Notes: a model not told the origin generated them from the letters alone. A DNA stretch of 64,000 nucleotides from TPA_inf: Saccharomyces (GCA_000146045.2 BK006942.2:288001-352000), one strand, 5' to 3'; positions 1 through 12,227 are shown, counted from the stretch's first letter. Translations and numbers: made by a program.

Positions 1-910
1 GTAATTTCATACTTCAACAGGTATTTCTCAAAATCGCTTGTACCAAGTACTTTGACGATCTTGACAAGCTGGTCTGTGTTACTCGTTCCATGGAAAAATG
101 GCTCTCTTTTAAAGATCATAGAAGCCAACATTGTCCCAAACGACCACAAGTCTAAAGAATAATCATACATTCTGTAGTCAACTAGTAGTTCAGGACCCTT
201 AAAAAACCTCGACGCAACACGAACATTGTATTCCATATTAACATGATAAAATTCAGCAAGCCCCCAATCTATCAATCGCAATTTTTTATTCTTATGATCA
301 ATCATTACGTTATGAGGTTTAACATCTCTATGCATTATTCCCATTGAATGACAATAGTCTAAGGCCTTTAATAACTCAAACATATAAAACCTAATTTCGA
401 GATCGGTTAATTTAGGGTAAAGAATACGGAAGTCCACATTATCTACGTATTCGAAGACCAAAGCCGGAGTTTTTGAGATGGGATCCTTTATTATATCAAA
501 TAGATGAATTATGTTTGCATGACCATTGTGTGGCTGATCAAAGATATAGGGCCTGATGAATTTTAAAACGTCCTCCTTTTGATTTGTGTAATATTGATCT
601 TTTTGAAATGGCAAAGTCGTTGGAGGCACTTTTTCGTTAGACAAATCCGTTAAGATTTTGATTTCTCTCTTGATCTTCTTCTTTTTAACTGGTTTCAACA
701 TCTTAATAACAATTTTAACTTTAGAGTCTAATTTGACACCTTGGAAAACCTCGGAGTATTTTCCTCGCCCAACTTTATTTTCAATTTCATAGTCCTTTGT
801 ATTTGTGGACCAATCAATTACAGTATTTTCATAATCCCAATATTCCTCGGTTCTTTGTTTATTGATATTCGTATAAACACGAGCCTCTGACCATACCCTG
901 CATTTCATAG
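1..910 (-). CDS. CKA1: Casein kinase II catalytic alpha subunit, N-terminal part. The gene continues beyond the window start.
   Basis: Reverse-strand translation from the ATG at 910 gives [26 protein letters not shown]...GRGKYSEVF...[12 protein letters not shown]...DWGLAEFYH with protein-kinase subdomains. The frame is open to position 1 with no stop. The ORF track missed it because no stop lies in the window. Confidence 0.9.
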
Positions 911-1225
911 TTCGAATCAAATATTCCTTCTACAACCCCCTATTTTTGTCTGTATATTTGACTTCTTAAGTCCCTATTCAGAAAACTCCTAGTAGGTAAT
1001 TGCAATACACCGAGTATCAACAGTATATGAAGTCCCTTAATCCGTTTTACTACAGGACTGCGAGGTTCGTCTAATTGCTACTGAAATTTTCCAAGCGTTG
1101 GTCATATTTTTGATTTTTCGCTTTTTCTTCAGTGTTCGTTCCGAGTGATTTTTGATAGCGCTTTTCTACCACTTAGTGCTGCTGTATGTATTTATATGAT
1201 ATACCAGCGATACATGTAAATATTT

Positions 1226-2089
1226 CTATAAAGACTGTAAACCTCTGATTACCTCTGCCTGTGCGTCTTTATTCGCTTCCTCAGCAGAGGAAGCAATGGC
1301 TGCGTTCTTTGTTTGGTGGAAGATATCTCTTGTCTTTTCGAAATAAACAGTTTCCAATAGATTTCTCATCTGAGACTCAATGTCCTCAATTAAGGAACCC
1401 AAATTAGCGACATGTGATGTGAAAATAACATCTAATGGACGGGACATATCAATAGCGATGTCCTTTTCGGTCTGTCTTGTCAGGTTCCCGGATAACATCA
1501 TATGAGAATTCTGGTCAGTTTTTGTTTTGTCCAAGTGCAGAATGATTGTAGTGGTGACTCTATAGTTGAAACTGTCGGGAGAAGAAGGAGATGTTGTAAC
1601 TTCAAAAACATGGATACTGTCCCAATTACTGTGATCTGATTGGTTTTTTTTGAAAAGCACTACCCCTGCAAAATCGTGCCCATTGAAATCTTCTTCATTG
1701 AGGTCCCAGAGGTACACGCTGGAGATACCGCCTTCATAATAGAGATCTCTGTAAACGTCGAAAGAGTCATTGGCTAAGATCTCCAATTTTCTTAAAGGGG
1801 CTGAGGGAAAGGGGCTGTCTTGTAGATCCTTTGGGGATAGTTCTGGGTAATAAGTGTTCGACCAAGGCGATCTGAACGAATCAATATCACGATTATAGTC
1901 GCAGCATAAGTACTCCCGGTTTGAATCGGCGGAATCTTTCTGTGTGGATAGGGGAACGTCTACTGAAGATAGTAAATCTTGTGCCAAATTTGGTTGTAAT
2001 TCGATCAAGTTGTTTAGATTCTCCTGTAACGTGGTAGGATTTAGCCTCCTAAGAAGATCTAAAGCAGCATCGAATTGAGCATCAGACAT
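1226..2089 (-). CDS. CAP2: F-actin capping protein beta subunit
   Basis: 287-aa ORF. Recognised as yeast Cap2 and placed between CKA1 and BCY1 as on chr IX. Confidence 0.9.
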   Translation of the reverse strand: MSDAQFDAALDLLRRLNPTTLQENLNNLIELQPNLAQDLLSSVDVPLSTQKDSADSNREYLCCDYNRDIDSFRSPWSNTYYPELSPKDLQDSPFPSAPLRKLEILANDSFDVYRDLYYEGGISSVYLWDLNEEDFNGHDFAGVVLFKKNQSDHSNWDSIHVFEVTTSPSSPDSFNYRVTTTIILHLDKTKTDQNSHMMLSGNLTRQTEKDIAIDMSRPLDVIFTSHVANLGSLIEDIESQMRNLLETVYFEKTRDIFHQTKNAAIASSAEEANKDAQAEVIRGLQSL

Positions 2090-2418
2090 TACGGTGGTGA
2101 TTGTAGAGTTGGAGAGAGTTTTTGTATGTCACTTGATTGAACAGTTCTCCTTTATTTGTTACAAATGCTCTCATTTTTACGTTTTCCGTGGTGAAAAAAA
2201 AAAAAAAAAATGAACATATATACATGTAGTAACAGCAGTAGTAGATGAAGAATTTAGAGTTTAAACAGGTAACATAACGCTATAAGGGAAAGGAAAGTGG
2301 AGATGTTATACATTATATTTACGTAGACGTTGAAGGAAGAAGAAAGAAAAAGGGAACAGAAGAAGAAGAAAAAGAGAAAGGAAATTCATGTGGATTTAAG
2401 ATCGCTTCCCCTTTTTAC

Positions 2419-3669
2419 TTAATGTCTTGTAGGATCATTGAGCTTTAATACGTCTACTGCAGGACCCAGTAAACGTTGAAAACCACTTTTCCCCAATGTG
2501 GCAACTTTGGTTCTCTTTGTAGCAGTCACAGTGGCCTGTCTGGGCAAATCGTTTAGCAAGGCCACTTCACCGAAATAATCATGGTCTTTCAGTTTATTTA
2601 TGACACCTTGGCCCTTCTTAGAGACGTCCACAGCTCCGTACTCAATTAAATAAAAGTTCTCCCCTTGATCACCCTCGCGAATGATTGTTTCACCCGGCTG
2701 GTAGATCTTGGTATCCAGTGCATCGGCAAGTTTGGCACGGTCGTACGTAGTCAAACTCTTCAAAACTGGCATGCTCTTCAAAAGATCGTCATACATGAGT
2801 CTCTTCTTGAAAGAGCTGCCCAAAAGTATTTTTCTGAAGGTGAGCCTGTCTAGAGCCCACAACAAACAGTCGGAGGTTGCTACAACGGTGGCAGCACGAG
2901 GGCTGTTGTACATAAGAGCAAGTTCCCCGAAACTGGAGCCTGGCCCGGAAGAGTTGACCTTGTTGTCGTTGACGTAGAAGTCAACAGTACCCTTTTCGAC
3001 GACATAGAAGTAGTCCCCTTGGTCACCTTGCTTGATTATCGTAGCACCTTTGGGGACGGACTTCTCCTCCAGACAATTTATGACCAGCCTTTTTGAGTCG
3101 GAATCCAGCTTGTTGAACAGAAAGTTATTACGGATCGATTTTTCCAGTCTTTGCAATTGCTGCTCGGACTTTTCCTTATAGTGATCTGGAGTCCAATCGT
3201 CAAAATTGTTTGGTTGTAAGGTCTCACCACTAACAGAAGTACGCCTTTGGGCGTTGAAGTGCATTGGGAGTGGAGGAGTTGATGTCTTTTCTCTAGTATG
3301 CTGTTGTTCTTCCTGTGCTTGCTGGTGAGTGTCCTGTTCGTGCGGGTCTAAATTAAACCCACTTTTAAACACGTTGGAGTGTGGGTCCTCGTTCACAAAG
3401 GGGGATTTGAACATAACACTCGATCTGGATCTTGATTGAGATTGAGCTGATTGAGGTCTGGAAAATGACTCCTCTGGTTCCGGAAATAGAACAATGTTCT
3501 TTGCCTTAAATTCAGGCTCCCTGGCCTTGAGGAACGCTCTCTGTTGTTCCAGCCTTTTATTGAAATAGTTGGCGGAGAACTGAAGAAAGTCGGACGGATT
3601 AGCGGCGTTGATTTCGTTCTGGAACAGTTGCAATTCGGCTTGCGATTCCTTGGGCAAAGAAGATACCAT
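2419..3669 (-). CDS. BCY1: cAMP-dependent protein kinase regulatory subunit
   Basis: 416-aa ORF with RRTSV pseudosubstrate and two cyclic-nucleotide-binding domains (FGELAL and FGEVAL motifs). Confidence 0.95.
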   Translation of the reverse strand: MVSSLPKESQAELQLFQNEINAANPSDFLQFSANYFNKRLEQQRAFLKAREPEFKAKNIVLFPEPEESFSRPQSAQSQSRSRSSVMFKSPFVNEDPHSNVFKSGFNLDPHEQDTHQQAQEEQQHTREKTSTPPLPMHFNAQRRTSVSGETLQPNNFDDWTPDHYKEKSEQQLQRLEKSIRNNFLFNKLDSDSKRLVINCLEEKSVPKGATIIKQGDQGDYFYVVEKGTVDFYVNDNKVNSSGPGSSFGELALMYNSPRAATVVATSDCLLWALDRLTFRKILLGSSFKKRLMYDDLLKSMPVLKSLTTYDRAKLADALDTKIYQPGETIIREGDQGENFYLIEYGAVDVSKKGQGVINKLKDHDYFGEVALLNDLPRQATVTATKRTKVATLGKSGFQRLLGPAVDVLKLNDPTRH

Positions 3670-3960
3670 CGTTTATTCTTACTGTTGTCTTTTGAAAATA
3701 ATCTGCTTGTTGTAAATGATCTTCCTATTTATGTATGCGTGAAATGCGTGTAATGGATGTGATGATAGCGATCGCTTGACTTAGTCGAGGAAAGCGTAAA
3801 GTGTCCCTTTTTCTCTTTCCCTTTTCCCTGTTTGTTCAAATTTTCTCTTTTCTACCTTCCTCTTCGTTTTGCTCCTTGCCAGCAAAACGAGGAAGGACAA
3901 GAATTTTGGAGAGCGGCGGCGCGGCGCCATAATAAATGCACTTGAGCAAATGCAATAAGT

Positions 3961-4317
3961 TCAGCTTATGGCTTCTGCAACAAAGAAGAGGTCGGAATCC
4001 GAGCACAGTATAATCAATATATTATCAGGCAGAACAAAAGTGGCGGGTATAACACGAAGAAAGAAGGAAGGGTGGTGATTGGGTGCTTTGTTTTTTTCCG
4101 CTCGTCGTGGTGGCATGCGCTTTTTTTTTCTTGGGTGAAGATTAGCCGCCGAAGTCGTATGCTCCTCTTTTGAGCGTTTTGAAAGATAGAAAAAAGCTGA
4201 GTAAGTAAAATCGTCGGCGGCTAATCTGAAAAGTATATAAAGTCCTTTATATTTTCCACTCGTATTCTTTTCCCTCCTCCTTTTTTTTTTTACTTTCTCA
4301 CGTATGGCTTGTTTCAT
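3961..4317 (-). other. Small 118-aa ORF in the BCY1-ULP2 intergenic region. Probably non-coding; corresponds to a dubious ORF (YIL032C).
   Basis: Low-complexity, Lys/Arg-rich translation with no recognisable domain. It lies in a promoter region. Confidence 0.15.
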
Positions 4318-4632
4318 TTATTATCAGATCAGTAATCACGTGCCGTGTCGTTAGAAATGACATTTGGTTCTTTGCCTTCTTTGTCCTTTTTCTATCTTCC
4401 TACTAAGAGAAACTATTATACAATACAATAAGAGAACATCGTGAAACAACATAAAAGATATCACGTCATCAGAGAGAGATAAAACATCACAACCAATTAC
4501 ATTACAGTGTATTCGTTTCTTCTTAGAGAGAGAAATAAAGAGCGGGATAAAAGGACACTACACAGTATACCCCATACCCAGGTGCAATAATACACGTATA
4601 TCTATGTTTATTGCACATCAAACCCCACATAT

Positions 4633-7600
4633 ATGTCTGCCAGAAAACGCAAGTTTAATAGTCTCAAACCGCTAGACACCTTGAACAGCTCTCGTGCCAG
4701 CTCTCCAAGGTCCTCTGCTTCTCTACCGCCCAAAAGATATAACACTTTTCGTAAGGATCCGAAAATCGTTGATCATCTAAACAATGCTTCTACAAAGGAT
4801 TTCTTACCAGTTTTGAGTATGAACAGCGAGAGTAAGAGGCAGATCGAATTGTCGGATAATGATGTTGATAATAATGATGAAGGTGAAGGCGTCAACAGTG
4901 GCTGTTCAGATCAAGATTTTGAACCTTTGCAAAGCTCTCCTTTGAAAAGACACTCATCACTCAAAAGCACTTCCAATGGTCTTTTGTTCCAAATGTCTAA
5001 TAATCTGGGGAATGGTTCACCGGAACCGGCAGTAGCGAGCACTTCTCCAAATGGCTCAATTATTTCCACTAAACTAAATTTGAACGGCCAATTTTCTTGC
5101 GTTGATTCGAAAACATTGCGAATTTATCGGCATAAAGCACCATGCATAATGACTTTTGTCTCAGATCATAATCATCCGAAATTTTCATTGTATTTTCAAC
5201 AATCGGTGATCTACAATTCACAAGTTAATCTGCTTGATGATGTTGAATTGATAATTTTAGATAAGAAGAACTCTTTTATGGCTATAATTTTAAAAGATCT
5301 GAAAAAGGTCAAGATGATACTAGACGTGAATAACTCTTCAATCAACATTAACACGAACATCTTGATATGGTCCACTGCAAGCTCCGCTTCAAATAAAAAA
5401 ATAAAGTCTATTAAAAGATTCCTGTTGATGTCATATTCTTCGTCGATAAAAGTCGAAATTTTAGATCATAAAGAGCAGATTTTGGAAAGACTAAAACATC
5501 TGATTCATCCTATTTCTTCGTCATCACCTTCATTGAACATGGAAAGGGCAATAAACTCCACTAAAAATGCATTCGACTCTTTAAGACTTAAAAAAACTAA
5601 ACTTTCTACTAATGATGATGAAAGTCCGCAAATTCATACTCATTTCTTATCAAACAAACCTCATGGTTTGCAATCCTTAACAAAAAGGACTCGTATTGCC
5701 AGCCTTGGGAAAAAAGAGCATTCAATATCTGTTCCAAAATCGAATATTTCACCCTCAGATTTCTACAACACTAACGGGACAGAAACTTTACAATCCCACG
5801 CAGTTTCACAACTAAGACGTTCAAATAGATTTAAAGATGTTTCGGATCCAGCAAACTCAAATTCAAATTCAGAATTTGATGATGCAACTACGGAATTTGA
5901 AACACCAGAACTGTTTAAACCTAGCCTCTGTTACAAATTCAACGATGGTTCAAGCTATACTATAACAAATCAAGATTTCAAGTGTCTTTTCAATAAGGAT
6001 TGGGTTAATGATAGCATTTTGGATTTTTTTACAAAATTTTACATTGAATCATCTATTGAAAAGTCAATTATCAAAAGAGAGCAAGTTCACTTAATGTCCT
6101 CTTTTTTTTACACGAAACTAATTAGTAATCCAGCAGATTATTATTCTAATGTAAAAAAGTGGGTTAACAATACTGATTTGTTTTCTAAAAAGTACGTTGT
6201 TATACCAATTAACATAAGTTATCATTGGTTTAGTTGCATTATAACAAACTTGGATGCGATCTTGGATTTTCATCAAAACAAAGATAAAAACGATGCCATC
6301 AACTCCGATGAGATTTCTATAAATAATCCTCTGGTTAATATTTTGACTTTCGACTCGTTGAGGCAAACTCATTCAAGAGAAATTGATCCAATAAAAGAAT
6401 TTCTCATATCCTATGCACTTGATAAATATTCAATTCAACTGGATAAAACACAAATCAAAATGAAAACGTGTCCAGTTCCACAACAACCTAATATGAGCGA
6501 TTGTGGTGTTCATGTTATTTTGAATATTAGAAAATTTTTTGAAAATCCGGTGGAAACAATTGATGTATGGAAGAATTCTAAGATTAAAAGTAAGCACTTC
6601 ACCGCAAAAATGATTAATAAATATTTTGATAAAAATGAAAGAAATAGTGCGAGAAAGAATTTAAGGCATACTCTAAAACTCTTACAACTCAATTACATCA
6701 GCTATCTGAAAAAAGAAAATTTATATGAAGAAGTTATGCAAATGGAGGAGAAAAAAAGCACCAATATCAACAATAATGAAAATTACGACGATGACGATGA
6801 AGAAATTCAAATCATTGAAAATATAGATCAAAGCAGTAAAGATAATAACGCGCAGTTAACCTCGGAACCTCCCTGCTCACGATCATCCAGTATTTCAACA
6901 ACAGAAAGAGAGCCGACAGAGTTGCATAATTCCGTAGTACGACAGCCCACCGGTGAAATAATAACTGATAATGAAGATCCCGTTCGCGCTGCTTCTCCAG
7001 AAACAGCATCCGTTTCTCCTCCCATACGTCACAATATTTTAAAGAGTTCATCTCCTTTCATATCAGAAAGTGCGAATGAAACTGAACAAGAAGAATTTAC
7101 GTCACCATACTTTGGAAGGCCGTCTTTAAAGACGAGGGCTAAGCAGTTTGAAGGCGTTTCGTCACCAATAAAAAACGATCAAGCCCTGTCATCCACCCAT
7201 GATATTATGATGCCGTCGCCTAAACCTAAAAGGATTTACCCAAGCAAAAAAATCCCACAACTTTCCTCGCATGTTCAATCTCTATCGACTGATTCTATGG
7301 AACGCCAATCTAGTCCCAATAATACCAACATTGTAATTTCAGATACAGAACAAGATTCGAGGTTAGGAGTGAATTCTGAAAGTAAAAATACTAGTGGTAT
7401 TGTTAACAGGGATGACTCGGACGTCAATTTAATTGGTAGTTCACTACCTAATGTAGCGGAAAAAAATCATGACAACACTCAGGAAAGTAATGGTAATAAT
7501 GACAGTCTTGGTAAAATACTTCAAAATGTTGACAAAGAACTGAACGAAAAGTTGGTTGATATTGATGATGTGGCATTTAGTAGTCCAACTAGGGGTATTC

Positions 7601-7737
7601 CAAGAACCAGCGCGACAAGCAAGGGATCAAATGCACAACTTCTCTCTAATTATGGAGATGAAAATAACCAGTCTCAAGATTCTGTTTGGGATGAGGGCAG
7701 AGATAATCCTATACTCTTGGAAGATGAAGACCCTTGA
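4633..7737 (+). CDS. ULP2: SUMO-specific protease (Ulp family C48 peptidase)
   Basis: 1034-aa ORF. Central Ulp1-type protease domain (HW...D...QQPNMSDCG catalytic triad context) with long Ser/Asn-rich disordered tails. Confidence 0.9.
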   Translation: MSARKRKFNSLKPLDTLNSSRASSPRSSASLPPKRYNTFRKDPKIVDHLNNASTKDFLPVLSMNSESKRQIELSDNDVDNNDEGEGVNSGCSDQDFEPLQSSPLKRHSSLKSTSNGLLFQMSNNLGNGSPEPAVASTSPNGSIISTKLNLNGQFSCVDSKTLRIYRHKAPCIMTFVSDHNHPKFSLYFQQSVIYNSQVNLLDDVELIILDKKNSFMAIILKDLKKVKMILDVNNSSININTNILIWSTASSASNKKIKSIKRFLLMSYSSSIKVEILDHKEQILERLKHLIHPISSSSPSLNMERAINSTKNAFDSLRLKKTKLSTNDDESPQIHTHFLSNKPHGLQSLTKRTRIASLGKKEHSISVPKSNISPSDFYNTNGTETLQSHAVSQLRRSNRFKDVSDPANSNSNSEFDDATTEFETPELFKPSLCYKFNDGSSYTITNQDFKCLFNKDWVNDSILDFFTKFYIESSIEKSIIKREQVHLMSSFFYTKLISNPADYYSNVKKWVNNTDLFSKKYVVIPINISYHWFSCIITNLDAILDFHQNKDKNDAINSDEISINNPLVNILTFDSLRQTHSREIDPIKEFLISYALDKYSIQLDKTQIKMKTCPVPQQPNMSDCGVHVILNIRKFFENPVETIDVWKNSKIKSKHFTAKMINKYFDKNERNSARKNLRHTLKLLQLNYISYLKKENLYEEVMQMEEKKSTNINNNENYDDDDEEIQIIENIDQSSKDNNAQLTSEPPCSRSSSISTTEREPTELHNSVVRQPTGEIITDNEDPVRAASPETASVSPPIRHNILKSSSPFISESANETEQEEFTSPYFGRPSLKTRAKQFEGVSSPIKNDQALSSTHDIMMPSPKPKRIYPSKKIPQLSSHVQSLSTDSMERQSSPNNTNIVISDTEQDSRLGVNSESKNTSGIVNRDDSDVNLIGSSLPNVAEKNHDNTQESNGNNDSLGKILQNVDKELNEKLVDIDDVAFSSPTRGIPRTSATSKGSNAQLLSNYGDENNQSQDSVWDEGRDNPILLEDEDP

Positions 7738-8049
7738 AAGCACTCGCACGCATAGTTTTATATTTTTTATTCTTTTCCTCTTTATTTTTATTTTTTTAAC
7801 ATTCTCGCATAATAATAGTAACAGCAATAAAATAACTAGTAATATACATACTCACATAAATAGGCATATTTTTTATTTTGTTCTTTCGTATTCAGAATGG
7901 TAAATTTTTCTAATGAAATGTTTTACAAAAATTTTTTTTCTATAATTCTAACAATAAGAAATAAAACAGTGGAAAAACATATAACTTAATGTAGATATAT
8001 ATATGTAAATATGCTAGCATTCATTTTAAATGTAAGGAAGAAAACGCCT

Positions 8050-11000
8050 TTAACTTTCATCTGGTAAATTTTCTAAAGCTCTACCCTTAGTGTAAACCTC
8101 GTCTTTTACATTCTGTACAGTACTTTTGAACCATTGAATGAACAGCACAGTTGCTTGGAAAAAGAACGTAAATGACTCTAATGCTATCAGTAGTCCGAAA
8201 TAAATATCTTGCATCCTTGTCCATGTTGGGAATGATTCGTTAAGCGATAAAGTGAAACTCCTGGATCCATGGCTAATATCGATAATCTGCTTTGTAGAAA
8301 CATCACGTAAAAATACTAAGGATAAAATAATAATCGGCAAGACGTAAATTACCATGTGCAGGAAACCTTGTTTAAACAGTTCCAAAGCCATTGTTTTCAA
8401 GAAGTTCAATTTACTAGTATTTCTGTTTCTGAAAAATAGTTTCAATGACTTATATCCGGTTCCGAAATTGACCATTGACGAAATGATCCAAACGACGAAT
8501 AACAAACTCTCGTCATATTTAAACCATTTGGAATTACCAATAGTGTATGAAGAATTGCCAAACACTCTGATGGTGAGATAATTGTAACAGGCTAGTATAC
8601 CATCGGTTAAGACGACCCACGAAACCATAGTTCTAATAACCGCAATCATGATAGCTATAAACACCATCAGGTTATACTTCACCAACATACTATCAAATAT
8701 ACTGTTAAAGATGGCCATGAAAATTCCTTGACCCTCTTCCACATTATTGATATTATTAACAGGGGCATTGTTGATATCTCTCTCTGGTATATCGTGTTCC
8801 ACTTCCTCTACTTCGTTTTCGTCAACGGCATGTTCATCGAGAGTGTTTTGGCCTTCTGTAAAATGAAGAATATCCTTAGCAATCTTGGATAAACAAACAG
8901 ATCCGACACAGACATAATAAATGTTCAAATAGGAGTAGCTAATGTCAGAGAGTTCCTTCCATGCAACATAGACCTTATTTCTTTCACCTAACAATAGCTT
9001 TACGACTGGAAGAAAGCCGAAACTACAAACAAAGTTTATTAAAGCTTGACTAATAAATGTAACACCAAGCATTAAAATGGAAGCAAATAACCAAACCAGG
9101 CCAAGCAATGTCATATAGCGTAAACGGAAATCTGGAGGGACGTAAACGATATAATATTGATCATATTCCGTGTTTTGTTCGTCTAAATAACCAAATTCAC
9201 CAGCAGCACGTTTGTTTCTCTCTTTAATTCTTTCCAAATCTAATGGTTTCAACAGCTTATCATCCTTTGTAACGGGGACAAACATTGTTTGTACATAATT
9301 TCTGGATACTATATCAGAAGAAGGAACACGCATTAAAACGCCATCGGGGACAAAATAAGCATGAACGTCACGAACTTGCCCAAACAATTCTTCTGCTTGT
9401 TCTAGAGTCTTTGGTTTAGTGAAAAGTTCTTGGTTTGACCATTCTGCATTCTTGGCAGCAATGTACTTGTAAAACAAATTGCGGTAAACAATATGGCCTC
9501 TCTCTGTTGGGGTATCTTTACCTAAGATAAAGGATGATAAACGTAATTTTCTTGAACATAACTTAAAAATTGTTTTCCAATACCTTTCCAATAAGGGTTT
9601 AACGTAAGAGCTAGACTCCAGGATCCTCTTCGTAAAATATAAAGTTAGCAAAATTGTATTGAACTTCCATGAAATAATTGATGTTGGTTTATAAGCTTCA
9701 GGAACGGATAATAAGTTCGATTTGAGCATGAATGGGAAAAAAATTCTAGTATGGAAGCCAAAACCTAAGACAATAAAAATCGCATAAATAAACATGGATA
9801 AGCAAAGCCTTGATAATTGAATACTCATCGGATGAATTAAACTATCATGCAAGATCTTAATATTAGGATCTTCTGGAGATCTGATAAAGAATAGAACACC
9901 TGGTCTAATGATATTTTTCCTAATCATTCCGATATATTTGGCAAACCAATACATGTAGAGAGTACCAATCGTCCAGTATACGAAAAGGGAAAATGGAGGC
10001 CATATTGCGCATATTGAAGGAACCCAAAGCATCCGACTATTGGATGCCAGGATTGGGCAAAATAATGAGAAATCTAGCATTACACCAGCTAGAATGGGGA
10101 ATCCAGCCAATTCGATGAAAAATAAAGTGAACACCTTGAAAGTGCATTTGAGTGCAAATAAAATCTGGAAAATCAGCCTTCTAGTAGGGTTGCTCATTCC
10201 GTTCTCACGGCCATAACCCCTCGAGACAAGATTGGATGAAGCACAAACGATACTGACTGAGGTTAGATACGTCGTTAAAGCAGGTAAAGCTCTGATGAAA
10301 ATTGAGTGCTTCATGGTGTTTTCAGTGTAGCCGTTGTAAAGATAAATGATGTCATGAATTAAGTGGTCTGAAATCCAACTCATCGCGACATCTACTTTAG
10401 GGACCAGTTTCGTCAGCCCATTGTAAGCTATATGAGCGCCAGACAAGTAGTAAAGATGGCACAACCCACGCAAAATAACCTTAAATATACCAAAATAAAT
10501 TTTCAACAAACCGAACCCAATAAAAGTTGGAAACAAATAGGAAATTGCCAGGTATATTGCGGTGAAAACTACGGCAATTATGAAATAAGCAATGACATTC
10601 AACAATTTCAATTTGAGATTTATCACTAGAGGGCCTTGTCCTTGATCGTCTGGGTTAGCCTGTGCTGGTGGCACACCAACAGCTGCGCCAAAGTCTTGTT
10701 CGTCTTGATCGACATTTCCAGCTCTGTTTTGGGCAGGTGGTGGGATGAAAACCGGAGCGTTGGGCCTGTTTATTGCGTTCTGTTGAGCAGCGATTAGGTC
10801 ATCAAATTCATTTTGCGCACGACGATTTGCCCACATGTCAATCGGATTGGGCTCTATATGATCACGGTAATCTGCCTCTTCTTCTGGTTGCTGCTGTTGC
10901 TGTTGCCCCTCTGCTTCTTCATCTTCTTCGTTGTCACTTGAAGACCCCGGTAAAATTCGTGACGAATCATCACCTGATGGTAAACTATTGTCAGAGTCGT

Positions 11001-12009
11001 TGTTCTCGTGCTCTTCCGTAGCCTCATCATGATCTAATTCGTCTACGTGGCGAAGGTTTTCAAAATTCCGATGGTCATTAGGATCCTGAGGTGGAACGTT
11101 ATCGTTTCTGGGATTAATAACATTATTATTATTATCTGCTGCTGCGGCTGGCATGTTCAGTCTATCATGACCTTGCTCTTGACGATTTTCGTCATGAGCT
11201 CTCATTTCCCTCGCTAAATATTCAACCATTCTATCATCCATCATGGGGAATCTTTCCTTCAAACGTGATTTCAAGTCCTTGGGAGATAATCTTGGACCTA
11301 TCTTGTGGAAAACCATTTTACTGAAAACATCCTCTCTTACTATCATATCGTATTGAAAGTACAATGCTATATGTAGTATCACTATCATAATAAATTGTAA
11401 AGACGTAAACGAATGGTTTTGTAAAAGTTGGTAAAAAATTGCTCTCGTGGTTAATTCTGGAGTTGCTGACTGATCATAACCATAAATCAAACTCTTTAGG
11501 AAATCACCAGGATAAGGGGATGATCCATCTAGCATCATGGTGTATAATTTTCCAAACATGTTCCATACCAAAGGAACACCGATAATATATAGTACAGCGG
11601 CCAAACCAATCGTTAAAGCCAAACGAGCTTTTTCGAAAAATGTCAAGATGCTCTTGGATAGTAGTAAAGAAAAAGGTATCTTTTCGGGCATGTTTTCCGC
11701 ATATATCGTTTTGAATTGAATGGGATAGTGACAGATGTCACATTTAACATCCGCGCCTGGTTTTGAAATGTCTATATTTTTTGAAGCTACCCATTCCAAC
11801 AGACAGGATTCATGCATGTATTTAATTGAGCCCCTGCATTTACAAGGATGGAAAAGAGGATTGTCCTCAGTAGCTTCTCCACGACAAATACGGCAGGTGG
11901 CGCCGGATGGCGCATCATCATTGAAAGTGGCGGTATCTGTTTCCTCGTTTGCCACCTTATGCAGTTCATCTCTTAACCTGGAGACATTAACGTCAGAATC
12001 AACATCCAT
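8050..12009 (-). CDS. SSM4: ER/nuclear-envelope RING-CH E3 ubiquitin ligase (Doa10/Ssm4)
   Basis: N-terminal RING-CH motif CRICRGE...HPCKCRGSIKYMHESCLLEW followed by many TM segments. The ORF track starts 3 codons upstream at MKV; the annotated protein starts at MDVDSD (1319 aa). Confidence 0.9.
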   Translation of the reverse strand: MDVDSDVNVSRLRDELHKVANEETDTATFNDDAPSGATCRICRGEATEDNPLFHPCKCRGSIKYMHESCLLEWVASKNIDISKPGADVKCDICHYPIQFKTIYAENMPEKIPFSLLLSKSILTFFEKARLALTIGLAAVLYIIGVPLVWNMFGKLYTMMLDGSSPYPGDFLKSLIYGYDQSATPELTTRAIFYQLLQNHSFTSLQFIMIVILHIALYFQYDMIVREDVFSKMVFHKIGPRLSPKDLKSRLKERFPMMDDRMVEYLAREMRAHDENRQEQGHDRLNMPAAAADNNNNVINPRNDNVPPQDPNDHRNFENLRHVDELDHDEATEEHENNDSDNSLPSGDDSSRILPGSSSDNEEDEEAEGQQQQQQPEEEADYRDHIEPNPIDMWANRRAQNEFDDLIAAQQNAINRPNAPVFIPPPAQNRAGNVDQDEQDFGAAVGVPPAQANPDDQGQGPLVINLKLKLLNVIAYFIIAVVFTAIYLAISYLFPTFIGFGLLKIYFGIFKVILRGLCHLYYLSGAHIAYNGLTKLVPKVDVAMSWISDHLIHDIIYLYNGYTENTMKHSIFIRALPALTTYLTSVSIVCASSNLVSRGYGRENGMSNPTRRLIFQILFALKCTFKVFTLFFIELAGFPILAGVMLDFSLFCPILASNSRMLWVPSICAIWPPFSLFVYWTIGTLYMYWFAKYIGMIRKNIIRPGVLFFIRSPEDPNIKILHDSLIHPMSIQLSRLCLSMFIYAIFIVLGFGFHTRIFFPFMLKSNLLSVPEAYKPTSIISWKFNTILLTLYFTKRILESSSYVKPLLERYWKTIFKLCSRKLRLSSFILGKDTPTERGHIVYRNLFYKYIAAKNAEWSNQELFTKPKTLEQAEELFGQVRDVHAYFVPDGVLMRVPSSDIVSRNYVQTMFVPVTKDDKLLKPLDLERIKERNKRAAGEFGYLDEQNTEYDQYYIVYVPPDFRLRYMTLLGLVWLFASILMLGVTFISQALINFVCSFGFLPVVKLLLGERNKVYVAWKELSDISYSYLNIYYVCVGSVCLSKIAKDILHFTEGQNTLDEHAVDENEVEEVEHDIPERDINNAPVNNINNVEEGQGIFMAIFNSIFDSMLVKYNLMVFIAIMIAVIRTMVSWVVLTDGILACYNYLTIRVFGNSSYTIGNSKWFKYDESLLFVVWIISSMVNFGTGYKSLKLFFRNRNTSKLNFLKTMALELFKQGFLHMVIYVLPIIILSLVFLRDVSTKQIIDISHGSRSFTLSLNESFPTWTRMQDIYFGLLIALESFTFFFQATVLFIQWFKSTVQNVKDEVYTKGRALENLPDES

Positions 12010-12227
12010 GACTTTCACACTTCTAGTCTCTTTGATTCAATTAGTGGTACTCTTGGCTAAAAAAACAGTTTTTGAAATCAGTAACAAAGAACTATTCTTA
12101 ACGTAATCTTATGGCTTCATAGATCGGTCATAATCATCTTTTCAATGTCCTCAATCGATGCGTTTTCAACCAGTTTTCCGTCTCTAATGATTTAATTTTT
12201 CTATTGAATTGAAAATGGTAAAAAGAT

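Noticed and set aside
3915-3935. GC-rich GAGCGGCGGCGCGGCGCC island in the BCY1/ULP2 intergenic region as a possible Ume6 URS1
   Set aside because: It contains a GGCGGC core but is not an exact URS1 (TCGGCGGCT), and neither neighbour is a known early-meiotic gene, so the support is insufficient.
10773-11021. Numerous ORFs of 60-150 aa antisense to or nested in large genes (for example 10773-11021, 16487-17029, 25199-25630, 29581-29866, 41177-41507, 51626-52291, 58030-58842)
   Set aside because: They lie inside or opposite conserved coding sequences, have no domains, and are the expected by-products of six-frame translation.
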